Source of the DNA: the human T2T-CHM13v2.0 reference genome, Homo sapiens
Length of the DNA: 64,000 nt
Reading direction: 5' to 3'
Assembly: GCA_009914755.4 (NCBI GenBank)
Contig: CP068257.2
Location: 28,256,001-28,320,000, forward strand
A program made the translations under genes and the position numbers. The notes under the pieces are model-generated. The model made no database searches, was not told the origin of the DNA, and was given only the letters and a program-made list of their open reading frames with translations. This document shows positions 18,801 to 31,609 of this stretch, piece by piece. Numbering within the stretch: position 1 is the stretch's first letter; each line of letters begins with the position of its first letter.

Positions 18801-21450
18801 GTATTTCCTCTGCAAAATGGCTTTGGTAGATGAATTATTTTCCATATGAACAAACTAAGTAAACTTTCAATTTTGAGTACTGAAAATCTTTGTAAGAATA
18901 TTTTTAAACACATCACTTTTTAAAATAAATTTATGTTTTATTTTTAAAATCTTCCCGTGTTTGTTACACATTGTATGCCCATTTTCAAAGAAATTTTTAT
19001 TTAACAAACTATCCAACTTTAGAAAAAAATATTTGTACTCTAATAAATCAAGCCACGAAATTTTTAAATCTAACAATCAGAAAATGGCAAATATAATATT
19101 TAACAGGGATCTTTAAGGGCCCTAAAGATAAATGTTTAAAGACTTAAAAACAAGAAAATCATTTTACTGGCTGCTTCATCTCATTTTTCTTTATGGCCCT
19201 ATAAAATATTTAATGAAATTATTGGCTCCTTTGTGAGGTTTTATAGTAGTTAATGCAAGCAAAACATAAGTAAAATTTCTGAGAGATCTCTGGTCATTAA
19301 TATGTAATTATGTTACATTATGTTCTACTAATTAAATAGAATATTAAATAAAATAATTAATAGAATATTTAATTAAATAGAATGTTACTAAAATATGGCT
19401 TCAAATAAGGCAACTCTATACTCATGAGTTTGATATCTTTCTATGTGTTACTTAAACTCAGCACATTTTAACACATTCAAACTAAAATAGCTTTCATTTA
19501 CATTGTTGAAACCTAAGCTAAGCAGTAATAATTAGAAAAAAAATAAATGACAGATTACTTTCAAATCAGATGTGGTTTAGTTCTTTAATCCTGAAAATCC
19601 TGAGCAGTTGGCAAGGTGCTCAAGAAATCACTTTCTGAAAAATCACATGGGCATTTACCAAGGAATCCGCAGAGAAGCGGAGAGAGCCTGGGCGTCTGGG
19701 AATCAGCAATATGGAGCTATCATTTAAAAATCTTTATTGAAATAATTACATGACGAGTATAACTTTTATCCCTCAGAAGACTCAGGGATGAATAATTTTA
19801 AAAGACATTTAATTACAGACACATGGACAATATAATACTGTACAATGGCAAGCTGAACCCTCGTCTGAATATGCTCTCAAGAAGCATGATGACCTTGAAT
19901 AGACCTTTTCCATTAAAGGTGACATTCAGTAATTGCATTGTTTGTAACTCAAAGTATAAATGCTTGAGGGAATTGAAACTCCATTCTCTGTGATATGCTT
20001 ATTTCACATTGCCTGTATCAAAACATGTCATATATCCCATGAATATATACATTTACTATGTACCCACAAAAAATTTTTAAAATAATTTTAAAAGTTTTTA
20101 AAAATGTTGACATTCCAACCCACTGCTTAAAAAGACCTTCGAATAAATTCTTCAGAATTAAACTTCCATGACATGTAATAAACTTGTTTTTTGCCCTTAG
20201 TTTTGTCTAAACACGTGGGGATCCTTCCTATCTAGCCTTGTTCACACTTATATCTCAGGAAGTCAATCTCCGTAAAGCAAAAACAGTCTTTAATTGACTT
20301 CTGTCATTTGAGAGGCCTGAGAAGGGCAGAAATTAGCAATGTACAAGTGTTTCACTAACCTGAGAGAAAGTAATGACTGATATTCTCCTCTTGTCAAACA
20401 AAGTCATGGTAGATTTTTCTTTGACCTTGTGATACTGTGTAATACAGCAAATTCAATTGGGATTATAGGAAATTGATGTCTAAATAGCTAGAGGAGGCAC
20501 AGGTTTCATACTAGGAAATATTCAATTCAATAAAAATTAACCTTTCTTGTGGCTATGATGTGTAAATGTCTGGCTTACGTAGGCCCTTTCTAACTAATTA
20601 TAGGACATGTTGTACTGCATCCTATACTGATTTTCACATGAAGTTTTTCATATGCTTGTAGTAATTTTACACAGATCTATTTATCCTGAAGGGTCATGGC
20701 TACAGTGTAATATAGAATGCTGTTTTTCTCTTGCCTATGAGAAAGCATGATTAAAGAAGACAATTGATTTTTTTTTTTACAAGACTGACTTCGTTAGTTT
20801 GGAACAGCTTATCATAAGTCTACACTGGCAGAATATTAATATCCTATATGGCTTTCACATTATTTTGATTATTATTTTAAAACTATATTAAGTGCACTAG
20901 TCATCAATAATAACAATAACAACAGCTGTAATAAATACAGATAAGCCTTTCTGTGTGTTAAGTATTGTGCTTGACATATACTAACTCAGTGAATCCTTCT
21001 AATACTCTTACATGGGAGTTACTTTTTTATTATTACTGCTACCTTATGTGTTAGAAAAACCCTAAATATAGAGAGATTGAGTAACTTGCCCAAATTCAAA
21101 AAGAGAGAAAGTGGCAAAACCGGGCAACAGGACTTCAGAATCTGTGTCATCAACTACTATTTATTTGTGAATATAGGGACAAAATGTTTATTACATCTAC
21201 ATTGAATAATATTCTACAAAACAGCTGATTTTATGCTTCAAAATGGTACTGCGATGAATCATTGAAGGCCTTGGAACTGTTTCAGATTGAGGAAGATTCA
21301 GAGGCATGGTGACACTATGCAGCCACGATCCTGGACTGGGAGAAAATTGCTATAAACTATGTTATTGAGATAATTGAGGAAATCTGAGTAAAACCTATAA
21401 AGTTGATATCGTTATATTAATATTACATACTCTGATTGCTATAGACTGAA

Positions 21451-21813
21451 TGTGTTCCCTCAAAATTCATGTGTTGAAACCCTAACACGCAGTGGGATGG
21501 TACTGGTAGGCGGGGCCTTTGGGAGGTAATATGGTTTAGGTGAGGTCATTAGAGTGGCAGCCCCATAATGAGTGAGATTAGTGCCTTCATAAAAGGGGCC
21601 CCAGAGAACTCCCTCCCTCCTCCATCATAGGAAGATGCAATGAAAAGAAGACTATCTATGAACCAGAAAGTGGGCTCTTCCCAGACACCAGTTTCTGCCT
21701 GAGCCTTGATCTTGGACTTCCCAGCCTCTAGAACTGAGAGAAATAAATTTCTGTTGTTTATCAGCTACCTGGTCTATGGTCATTTGTTATGGCAGCTCAA
21801 ATAGACTAACACA
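21451..21813 (+). mobile_element. MaLR solo LTR, MLT1-type
   Basis: tgtgttccctcaaaattcatgtgttgaaaccctaac..gggaggtaatatggtttaggtgaggtcat..gattagtgccttcataaaagg..cttgatcttggacttcccagcctctagaactgagagaaataaatttctgttgtttatcagctacctggtctatggtcatttgttatggcagctcaaatagactaacaca follows the MLT1 consensus end to end (TGT...ACA). Confidence 0.75.
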
Positions 21814-23039
21814 CTGATTTTATATCATTATATTGTGATTGCTGAATGAATGTTCTTGCTCTTTGATAACACTGAAGTATTTAGAATTAAAGGGGTGTGA
21901 TGTCCTCAGCTAAGAAATACACATACACACAAACACACATATACACAGAGAGAAAGAAAGAGAGAAAATGATAAAGTGGATATGGTAAAATGATAGCAAT
22001 TGGTGAACCTAAGTTAAAGGTGACAGAGCAGGAGCATCGCCATCTTGCACAAGCACTGCCATTATAAATTCCCCTTGATCAAAAACTGCCTAAATCCAAA
22101 GGGCATCAGCCTAAGGGCTAAGGTCAGCATGACCATAAACCACAAATAACATCTCCAACCATAAATATTCCAAACCCCTCCCTGACCAGAGACATGCCAG
22201 CCGCTAGATAACCTCCCCTCTGATCAGAGAGATGTCAGCCCCAAGATAACCTCTCCTCTGACAAGAGACATTCCAACCCCACCATAAACTTCTCCCCTAC
22301 ACAGAAACATTCCAAGCTCTCTCATCAGTAAATACTCTTAGTCTGGAAGAAAGAGCACTCCTAACCAAAAATCGGCCAGAAGCCCCTCTCAGGTTTATTC
22401 TCCAAAATAAACCTGTCTTTGACTATTGAGCCACTTTTTGGGTTTCTTTCCTCTTTCAAAAGGTATATGGGAATTCAGAGCACTATTTTTGTGACATTTT
22501 TGTAAATTAAGTTATATTTATTCTAAAGCCCTGGATATAGAGAGTGTGATAAAAAATATTTATCCAGAATTTTAATACATCTCAATATGATTTTTCATTG
22601 TAGACTCACAGGGTATATTTGTTCCAGGGGTTGAGACCTGGTTGAAAACCATTAGCAAAAGGAGAGATGATGATGATGATACATTTTCTTAGAGAGGGTA
22701 TGTGAAGAGTTCATTCCCGAAGGTTTTATTTTAGGCAATATCAAGTAATAGCTACTTATCTATACATTTACATTCAAAATATACTTACTTGTTTAAAATA
22801 ATTAGTATCAAGTTCACTTAGCCAATGGCACAAGAATCCAGAAATAACATTCTTCATTACAAGACATACTTAATAATAACATATTCATTACATGACGTAC
22901 TTAATACATGCCATGGGTGTTTAATAAGATATTTTTATGCCAGAAAGACACCATATATGGAGGTTACTTTATGAAAGCAATTTTTCCTGTCCTTTCAACA
23001 TTGAATTCCAGTCCAAAGCACCTGTGTTGCCCTGGCAGT

Positions 23040-23175
23040 TTGGCAAGAACATGGACTTGAGAGAAAGATGGGTTCGAGCCCCAGCTCTGCCACTAACTAG
23101 CTGTATGACTGTGGAAGCTGACTTCACCATTCAAGTTTTCATCACCTCATCTATGAACTGAAGTAATGAAAACCT
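23040..23175 (+). repeat. MIR fragment
   Basis: gggttcgagccccagctctgccactaactagctgtatgactgtggaagctgacttcaccattcaagttttcatcacctcatctatgaactgaagtaatgaaaacc. Confidence 0.6.
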
Positions 23176-24099
23176 GTCTTGATGTACTATTGTGAAATAA
23201 AAATGGATAACTCTGTAAAGCACTTGACACATGTTAAAGCACAATATATTTCTGTTTTTAAAATTTTACTTACATATACTTATGTACTTTTATGTAAGTG
23301 GGAAGAAAGAGCATTTTTAATAGAGTATATGGTAGAAAAAGTATCCACGACTTTATGCTGTTTCCAGATCTAGTCCCTGAATCTAATAACCATTTTTAAT
23401 ATTTAAAGTAACATACATTTCTTATGCTTAAGCATGATAAAAGACTAACTGTAAAGACCTGGAATAGGATATGAGTATCCTTACAACAGTGTAGAAAAGG
23501 TGAGATATATAGAATACACAATGTCAAAAGAAAACAGTAGATTTAAATTAAAGAAACACTAAATATATATATATATATATATATTTGTAGATTTGTATGT
23601 AGAATTGCCCTGACTTTCAACTAAGGCATCATCAGAAGTGATTAAATCTTATGGCAGTCTGAATATCAATTGGTTTTTCTTGGTTTTTCATATCATTTTA
23701 TTCTTTATTTCTCTATTTTCTTTTTCAAGTTACACATATACATAAAATTTATGGGTGATAGCTGTCATTCAAATGAAAATACATATTCAGTACTTAGGAT
23801 ATACACTACTGATTATACCACTAACAGCCTTTTTGTATTTTGCTTTTGCTAAAATAATTCAAATTTTGTTCTGGCACACTGTGTCTGGGCTCAAGGGATG
23901 GATATTGTTTAGTTTATGGCAGGTTTTCACAATCTTGGCTATTGATAGTTTAGGTAAAATAATTCTTTATTGTGGGGAGTTTTCCTGCATACTATAGGAC
24001 ATTTAACAGCATACCTGGCCTCTTATTTCTAAATGGCAATAGCACCCATCCCCAAGTTGTGACAATAAAAAATGCCACCACACATTGCTGAATGTCCTC

Positions 24100-24790
24100 T
24101 GGGAAGGCATTGGGAGTACAAAATCATTGCCAGTAGAGAACCACTGTTTAAGCCAAGCCTAGTAGCTTCATTCCTCCATGAGAGGAATTATTCTAGGGAA
24201 CACTATGTGACCAGTGCTAGCTGACAAGATGGAAGGAAAGATCTGCTGGGACTTCCGAGAAAGCTCCCGAAGTAAGGCACATGAAGAGAAATTCTTCCTC
24301 CTTCTCCATTTCCTTCCTGCCCCTATGGGGCAGTCATGTGAGAACTTAAGACTTGGGGCAATGGCAGTCATCATGAAGATGTCAGCAATGCCAACTTCAA
24401 GCCCTGACTTGACTGAGCTGCTATGCCAATCCTGACCTACTAACCATGGTATTCATTGGCTTGTTTCACAAACAGGCCAGTTTCCTTCCTTTTGGGAACA
24501 AGATAGCATTGCATTTCTCTTCCCCCATCTCCCTAGAAGTCAAGTATGCTCATACAACTTGTTTTGTCCAACACAATGTGTGTCACTTTGGGGCAGAACC
24601 TTTTGAGATCCTTTCCCTGCCATGTTGAGATAGAGTCTACATCTGCTTGGATCCTTAAGTCCCCATTGTAGGAAACCCTGTAAATTTGTATTGAGTGTTT
24701 TGTGGGTGCAAAAAAAATAAGCCCTTGTGGCTGTAAGCCATTGAGATCAGGGTGTTCTTTGTTACGGGAGCATTATTAAACCACACTGAC
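24100..24790 (+). repeat. Possible old MaLR/LTR-derived repeat; tentative
   Basis: The end ..tgtggctgtaagccattgagatcagggtgttctttgttacgggagcattattaaaccacactgaca.. resembles the MaLR 3' terminus (..ttgtttaagccactaagtttgtggtaatttgttacagcagc..); the body is only weakly recognisable. Confidence 0.3.
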
Positions 24791-25074
24791 ACATCTGCCT
24801 TTAAATTACTTGCCAAATAAATAAATCCCTATTGTTAAGCCACTTTCATTTGAATTATTTATATTTTTTATTGTAAGAGAATCCAAAAGGATGAAATATG
24901 TTTTTTACATAATTTCTAAAGAAATATAGGTGATGCACCCAAAAGTATCATCAAAAAATGACTGTCAATTAATTAATGAAGACTTTAGTGATAGAAAATT
25001 CTTCATGTATATGTGCTCATTTTCAATCCATCTATTCTGTTAATTCTTTTCCACGCTATATACATGAATCCAGA

Positions 25075-25112
25075 AACACACACACACACACACAAACACA
25101 CACCTTCCTTCC
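25075..25112. repeat. (CA)n microsatellite
   Basis: cacacacacacacacacaaacacacac. Confidence 0.9.
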
Positions 25113-27895
25113 TTATGTGCAACCATAGAGGATCAGCCTATCTGTGTCCAGTGCTCAGAGCTGACTGAATACACTAGAACTTGATCTGGCATATCCAACC
25201 AGACCTTGTAAGCAATTAAGATTCACAGTTGCTCTAAACGTACACCAACTATCTAGCGGTTAAATTTAAATTTGATACAACTAAATCATTAATTCATTCA
25301 TCCAATCATTCATCAATTATTTATTGAGTGCCTATCATGTAATAGGCACAACGCTTTAGTATATTTTCACATATACTGCCCTGCTAGTCTAGTTTCAAAC
25401 ACTAACTCTTTCTCTCACAGGAAGGGAACAATTTCTCTGGATTTCAGGATGGCTGGTTTGGTGTGTGAGTACTGCTGTCCTATGACACTGTTTACTGCGG
25501 GAACATGTTGTGATGTAAAGTTAACAACAACAGAAATAAAAACAAATGTCACCACCATAGGATCTGAGTCTCTGCCTGAGTTTAAATCATGGTACAGTTC
25601 CACAGAAGCTTATAAGCAAGTTACTTAACCTTTCTGAAATGCAATAGTGTTACCCCCAGTGGCTCTGTGACAATTAAATGTGTCATATATATGAAGTGCC
25701 CAGCCCAAAAACCTAGCACAAAATTGTGGTTTAATCCAGATCCCCTCTTTGTTTATCTGTGGATCCTGAAAATTATTTTTCAACATTCTAGCATGTCTTA
25801 CTCTTTTCAGAGAGAAAGAAAACACTCATTAAAACCTCATGATATATTCCAAGCCCACACCTTAACAGTCCTAAACTGAAAAATAATTTTAGTAAAGTCA
25901 AAAACTACTCTGTAAAAGGCCAAGGTGAACTACAAATTGAGTTAATAAAATATGTTCTTATATTTCCTGTTTATTATTGCAATTTTCTTACAGTTATCTA
26001 GTTTCTTTTCTTTGAAACATTACTATGAATGCAGTACTTAGAAAATTACACAGAATGCTTGAAACTGAAATTTACACAGAAAAGTAATGTTCAAGATTGG
26101 AAAAATATGTTTCAGTATATTAATATCCATATTATAATGTTGTAAGAATGAAATGAGATTATTTATGCAATGTCATACACCCCTGGGCACAGAATAGACA
26201 CTAAATAAAAGATAGCTTATTTTTGTTATTTTTGCTATTACAACTCAAAGTGGGAGCCAGAGAATAACCTGTTTCTGTAAAAAAAAATTTAAGAAGCAGC
26301 AGCATTAGTAAGGAAAGCTAATAACCTAGATTAATGCATCAAGAAATCTATGTAGCAAGTCATTTAATATCCTTATATTTACTTTAAAAATAGAGGATAA
26401 CACCTTCTAAATTTCCATCCATACACATTTAACTGAAAGGGGCTTGGAGGGAGGGAAAGAAAGATAATAATCGATAATAAAAGAGTCTATTTAATAAAAA
26501 CAGTGCAATAGCTACAGCAACTATGTAGAGACAAAGCAACAAACAGTTCTCTTGATAGTAATTCATCTTATTGTGACTAAATCTCTTGTAAGAACTCTGT
26601 CTCCACTTCAGAAAGCCAAAGTGGATTATGATTTCAAGTCTTAAATATCACTGGGTTTAATACACATAAACCCAATGTTCCTGGTTTGCAGCCTTGTAAA
26701 ATAAATAGATATAATTGCAGGCAGTTGCATACTAAAAGGAGGATAACACTTCTGTATTCACAGAGATTTGTTTACTGATGACATGAAACATACATGAATA
26801 TATCTTTTATGTAACATTATAGATACATACACACACAGATTCTACAAACTAAGCTGGTATTAGACATCACAGTCTCAATTCTCTCCAGAAAAAGTAATGA
26901 CGTTTATGTGTTTTTCTCGAAATCAACATGCTTCTGATGTTTTTCTCATTATGTTCAAACTCATCAAGACTTAAGACATTTCGTTTTCAGTATATCACTT
27001 GGCTTGCTTGCGCTTGCACACCTAAATACTTTCCAAATGAAGACTGGATTTTAACATAAGATAGGAAGAAATTCTTTTTGGTGATTTGCCATTTATTTTT
27101 CACAAAAGACAGGCACCGCAAAACAGACAAACGTTAAAATATGCTTTTTACTCTAATTTGATGAGGTATGAAGCCCTGTGACTGAAATTGAGAGAAATGA
27201 ATAATTAAGCATGTCTCACTTCTTGGTCAGGTTTGCACATTGGTATTTACTGTTTCTGCTGCCATTTTACTACGGCATTAGGGAGAAAGGAATGCCAATC
27301 TCTGCATCACTGACATTTTAAACATAACAATTTATGCTGTGCCTTTATTTTTATTCAGATGTTAGGAGAACGATCATAGGAAATGACACAATTTAATCCC
27401 ACAGTGATTTGCTGTAAGCCTACTATGGTGCAAAGCATTTACATTGAAATGTTCTCTTCTTCAATCTAAAACTCTTCAAATGCTTTCCATTGAACTGAGT
27501 ATAAAACCCTATTGGTCTGTCATTGTTGAGGACAGTGGTCTCTAAGCATTTTTTTCTAACTTGACCCCAAAATAATTGTAAAAACCTAGGTTCTACCCCC
27601 ACATATTTTAAGCCAGTATTTACATTTTTTCACTGTATAGTTGAAATGTTCTCAAAATACATAGTTTCTGATGTATTTCATCTTATATATGTGATTTATA
27701 TATTTTAGTTAAATCAGTGAAACCAAAGACATGTTTTTCACTTTTTAACATGTCTTCCTTCTCAAACCATTCAGACAAAACAGACCTAATTTCTGTTAAA
27801 AAATAAAATATATGATTTCTTTAAAACACACACACTTTAATATGCCCCCCTGACTAAGAGATTATTTTTAATTCAAACTCTGCATTATATAGAGA

Positions 27896-27962
27896 AAGAT
27901 GAACTAATAGATGAGTGGATAAATAGATAGATTAATGGATAAATGATAGATAAATGGTGATG
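27896..27962. repeat. (GATA/GATG)n-like simple repeat
   Basis: agatgaactaatagatgagtggataaatagatagattaatggataaatgatagataaatggtgatgg. Confidence 0.7.
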
Positions 27963-30914
27963 GTTTAGTCACAAACTTGATATGTGAACCTGGTTATATA
28001 ATTTATTCTCACTCCTAAATTCTCTCAACTCAAAAATGGGCATAATGTTGACAGGAGTTACTACTTAGAATTACTAAGAAAATTTTAAAAATCCAAATTT
28101 ATTTATGAATCTCAAATAATTACATGCAAATGAAGTAATAGTAACATTAATAATGGCAGTTAACTTTTCTTAAGTATTAACCACATTCCCAAGCACTGTA
28201 CTAATCGCTTTTCATATACAAGCTCAACTAATCTTTTCAAAAGCCCAGCGAAGTAGACATAACCAATCTCATTTTACAGACAAGAAAATTGATGCTAAGA
28301 GAGGCTGTGCAATTTTCCCAGTTCTTACACATACTTAGATATGAAGCGGAGATTTAAAGGTATAGAATGTTCATAATCAGGCTCTTGAATATTTCAATAT
28401 TCACCAGTATATGTTATATCTCCTTTATCTAAATTGAAAATCTTTAAATGCAACGACCAATTCTCATCTATTTCTGGCATATTTCATAGCACATAATAAT
28501 GTGAAATGTGTGTGTGTCAATATTTATTTACCAAGCATACTATGCTCTGGTAACTAACAGAAAAATAAGCAAAGCAAATAAATAAATGTTCAGAAACAAT
28601 GCATATATCACATTATTAAATTGGTATATTACAGAAAACCTAACTGAAATGATTGTGGAAAATACCTGATACACCAACTAAGTTGCACACTTATGTTATC
28701 TTTATTATTTTATTGTTTTGTCAAGAGATATTTCAGCCCCAATTGCATCCAGCCTCTGTCTAGGTCAGCATTCTGGCAGAGAGCAGATGGCATATTCATA
28801 GAAGGTGACTGTAAGAGTATTTGGAGAAGGTGATAAGTGTACAACAGGCGAAGGGGAAGGCAAGGGATATAACTGAGAGTTAGCAACAGCTCTAAGCTAC
28901 CAGCAATGTATCAATCCTAGGGGTAAAGGGTCAAGAAGAAGAGGCACTGAGACATCTGCAGCTTTAGGAGAGAGGCACCCAAAATGAGCTAAGACCCTTG
29001 GAGGAGGAACTCAGCCACAACATCTCACATGAAATCAATAGAAAGGGAGTCAAGGAGCTCAAAGCCACAAGCTGTTCCTGTCTTCCAAGCTGATGTTGTC
29101 TTGCACTGGCCAAAAGCAATATGAAGCCTGAAGGCAAGAGACACTTGTGATGCAACTCCTAAAAGTCCACGGAGGTAAGAGGCTGGTGAAGAGTGGATCT
29201 GGAGGGGCAAACAGAGAATATCCATCATAGTCACTGCAGAAAAGTGTCTCTTGTTGGCGGAAGCATGGTTTGAGTGATTTCAGATTAGTGGCTATGCACA
29301 CAGAGGATGTATTCCAGGCTCTCTGCAAGAAGTATTACAGCAATCTGTAAGTAGAGTGAATCTCAGGGCGGTTCATAAACACACACCTACATAACTTGTT
29401 CAGGATAGGTTATACTTTCTTGAGCTTGGGAATATGAGAAACATATTCAAGGCTTTCTTTGTCTTAACTCTTCACTGAGCAAAGGTAGCACTCCCTAAAT
29501 GACTTACAGGAGAACCAAGAGTTTGCTAGAACAGAGTTTGCTGTCTATCTAGCTACACAGAGTAGATTTAATTATAGAAACAGCCATTTGATTCATTATT
29601 AAAACCATATTTTTAAATGACTTCTGTACTTTTACAAAGCATGAGGTTGAATAAACCTACGTAGTGGTTTGAAGAGGTTTAATGTGCTAAAAACAGTCCC
29701 TTTTAAGGGGCCAACGTGCTTCAGGATAGTACTTATTTTAAAAATTGATATTAAACAGTGAGGACCTCTTTGTTCCTCCATTTCTTTTATTTGTAAATAA
29801 ACCAATTAAGTTTTGAATCATTTCTGGCTGACATTCTTTGATTCCCTGTGTTCTTTGACAAGGAATGGGAGCAGGGGAGAGGTTCAGAAAAACCATTACA
29901 GGAACAAGGGCTCTCCCTGAGGCAGAATAGAAGAAGAATCAATGAAGATTTAGGCAAAGAGAAATATTTTGAATGTTTTTTTCCCAGAAATTGCCTACTC
30001 TGCTTCTTTGCTCACAGTCTCTCAGGGGATAATAAGAACATTCTACTTCATTTCTCTATTTCTTCAAAGAGAAGTTTTAAATTTTATCTTTGGGGGAGAT
30101 AGCTATTGGTTAAATAACTAGTTCTACATTGTAAATTTAACTTGAGGAATAGTTTCATTTTCCCATTATTAGAAAGGGCTACTATATGTACACACACAGT
30201 CTAACAAAAGGTATTAATAAAGAGCTAAATTGTCACTGAGCACACATGCCCTTTGACCTTTGGACGTCTGCATATGCTGTTCCCCTAGTTGGAGTCCTTT
30301 CCTTTTTCTTGAAGTCAGTTTCTAGGAATGACTTCTTTTACAGATATAAACTCACAAACTTCTTACCCTGCAAAAGTTTCTTTGACTTTCTTTAACCTTG
30401 TCGGTTTTTCCCATTACAGGAGTTCATAGAACCATGACCCTCTCATTAATAATATTTGTCGTAGTTTAGAATTAAATATTTATTTGTGTGATCATTTAAT
30501 TCACATCCGTGTGCCTTTCCATGAGCTCCATGAAAACAGACAGTCTATCCTGCTCATTCATATGTATCCAGTGGCCTGCCTATAGCAGATACTCATGAAG
30601 CTTGGAGAGCCATTGAGTGAAGTGCATTTGCATACATGATTTTGTAACTTGCTGTAGTGTCTGTTTTGTGTTTCAGATGGACATGTTTTCAGAAGAGGCA
30701 CCATACACACTGGGCAAGGGAAGTGTTATCAAAAGTGTTTTGCCATGAGTCCTCCTGATTCATGGCAAAACACTAACGTGGTATGTGGCTTCCGTTCATA
30801 CCATCTGAGAATAGATGATTGATGGTTTTATTTATTTTCTTCTGGAGCAGGATTTCCAAAGCATCTACACTAAACCTGCACTAGGTTTGTGTTCATAATC
30901 TCCAACCTAAAATT

Positions 30915-31097
30915 CAACCTCAGCACTGTTGGCATTCTGGGCTGGTTAGTTCCCTGTTGTGGAGGCTACCCTGTGCATTGTATGATGTCTAGTAGCACTC
31001 CTGACCTCTAACCACTAAATGCCAGTAGCAGCTTCCACCACTCCCACAGTAGAAACAAACAGAAATGTCCTCAGACATTGCCAAATGTCCCCTGGAA
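30915..31097 (+). mobile_element. Palindromic MITE-like DNA-transposon remnant (hAT-type non-autonomous family with the core gacattgccaaatgtcccctgg)
   Basis: aacctcagcactgttggcattctgggctgg..cctgtgcattgtatgatgtctagtagcactcctgacctctaaccactaaatgccagtagcag...tgtcctcagacattgccaaatgtcccctgg. I know this family as a frequent human MITE but do not assert its database name. Confidence 0.55.
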
Positions 31098-31358
31098 GAA
31101 AAAAAAAATGACTCGCAGTTGCATACAACTGTTCTAGAGGAGTTCCTTGACAGATTCAAATCAATATATAAGTGTAATGGAAAGGGTGCTGTTGAAATAC
31201 TAGTGCAAGGTTTTTCCAATATATTTCACAGTAGAAAAGACCAGTTCAGCATGTTAGTCCTCATTGCAAGGCCCACTAAGATTATTAATTCAAATTGTTG
31301 CCATTCTTAATGGTTTTACTCATGGTTAAAAAAGTATCTTAATCTGTAATCATTCTGT

Positions 31359-31609
31359 AGTAAAAGTTGAGTTTTCATAAATCAAATAAACAAACAAAAA
31401 AATACACCAGACTTATAACATCTAGAATTTCACTCAGGTTCCCTTCGTTTTTAATTAAGTCTTTTGAATTTGGTTCTCAAGTAAAAGTTTCAAGAAAAAG
31501 TTGAGTTTTCACGAATCAAATAAATAAATAAAAATATAGGCCAGACTTCTAACATCTAAAATTTCACTCAGGTTCCCTTTGTTTTTAATTAAGTCTTTTG
31601 AATTTGGTT
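31359..31609. repeat. Local tandem duplication, two copies of a unit of about 120 bp
   Basis: Copy 1 (31359-31475) and copy 2 (31480-31609) share ..agttgagttttca(t/c)(a/g)aatcaaataaa..ccagactt(a/c)taacatcta(g/a)aatttcactcaggttccctt(c/t)gtttttaattaagtcttttgaatttggtt; copy 2 has a short extra insert (tcaagaaaa). Confidence 0.85.

Noticed and set aside
19300-19400. AT-rich segment with the motif attaaatagaat recurring three times
   Set aside because: Short, degenerate, low-complexity AT-rich repetition. This is consistent with replication slippage in AT-rich DNA and is too weak to call a structured element.
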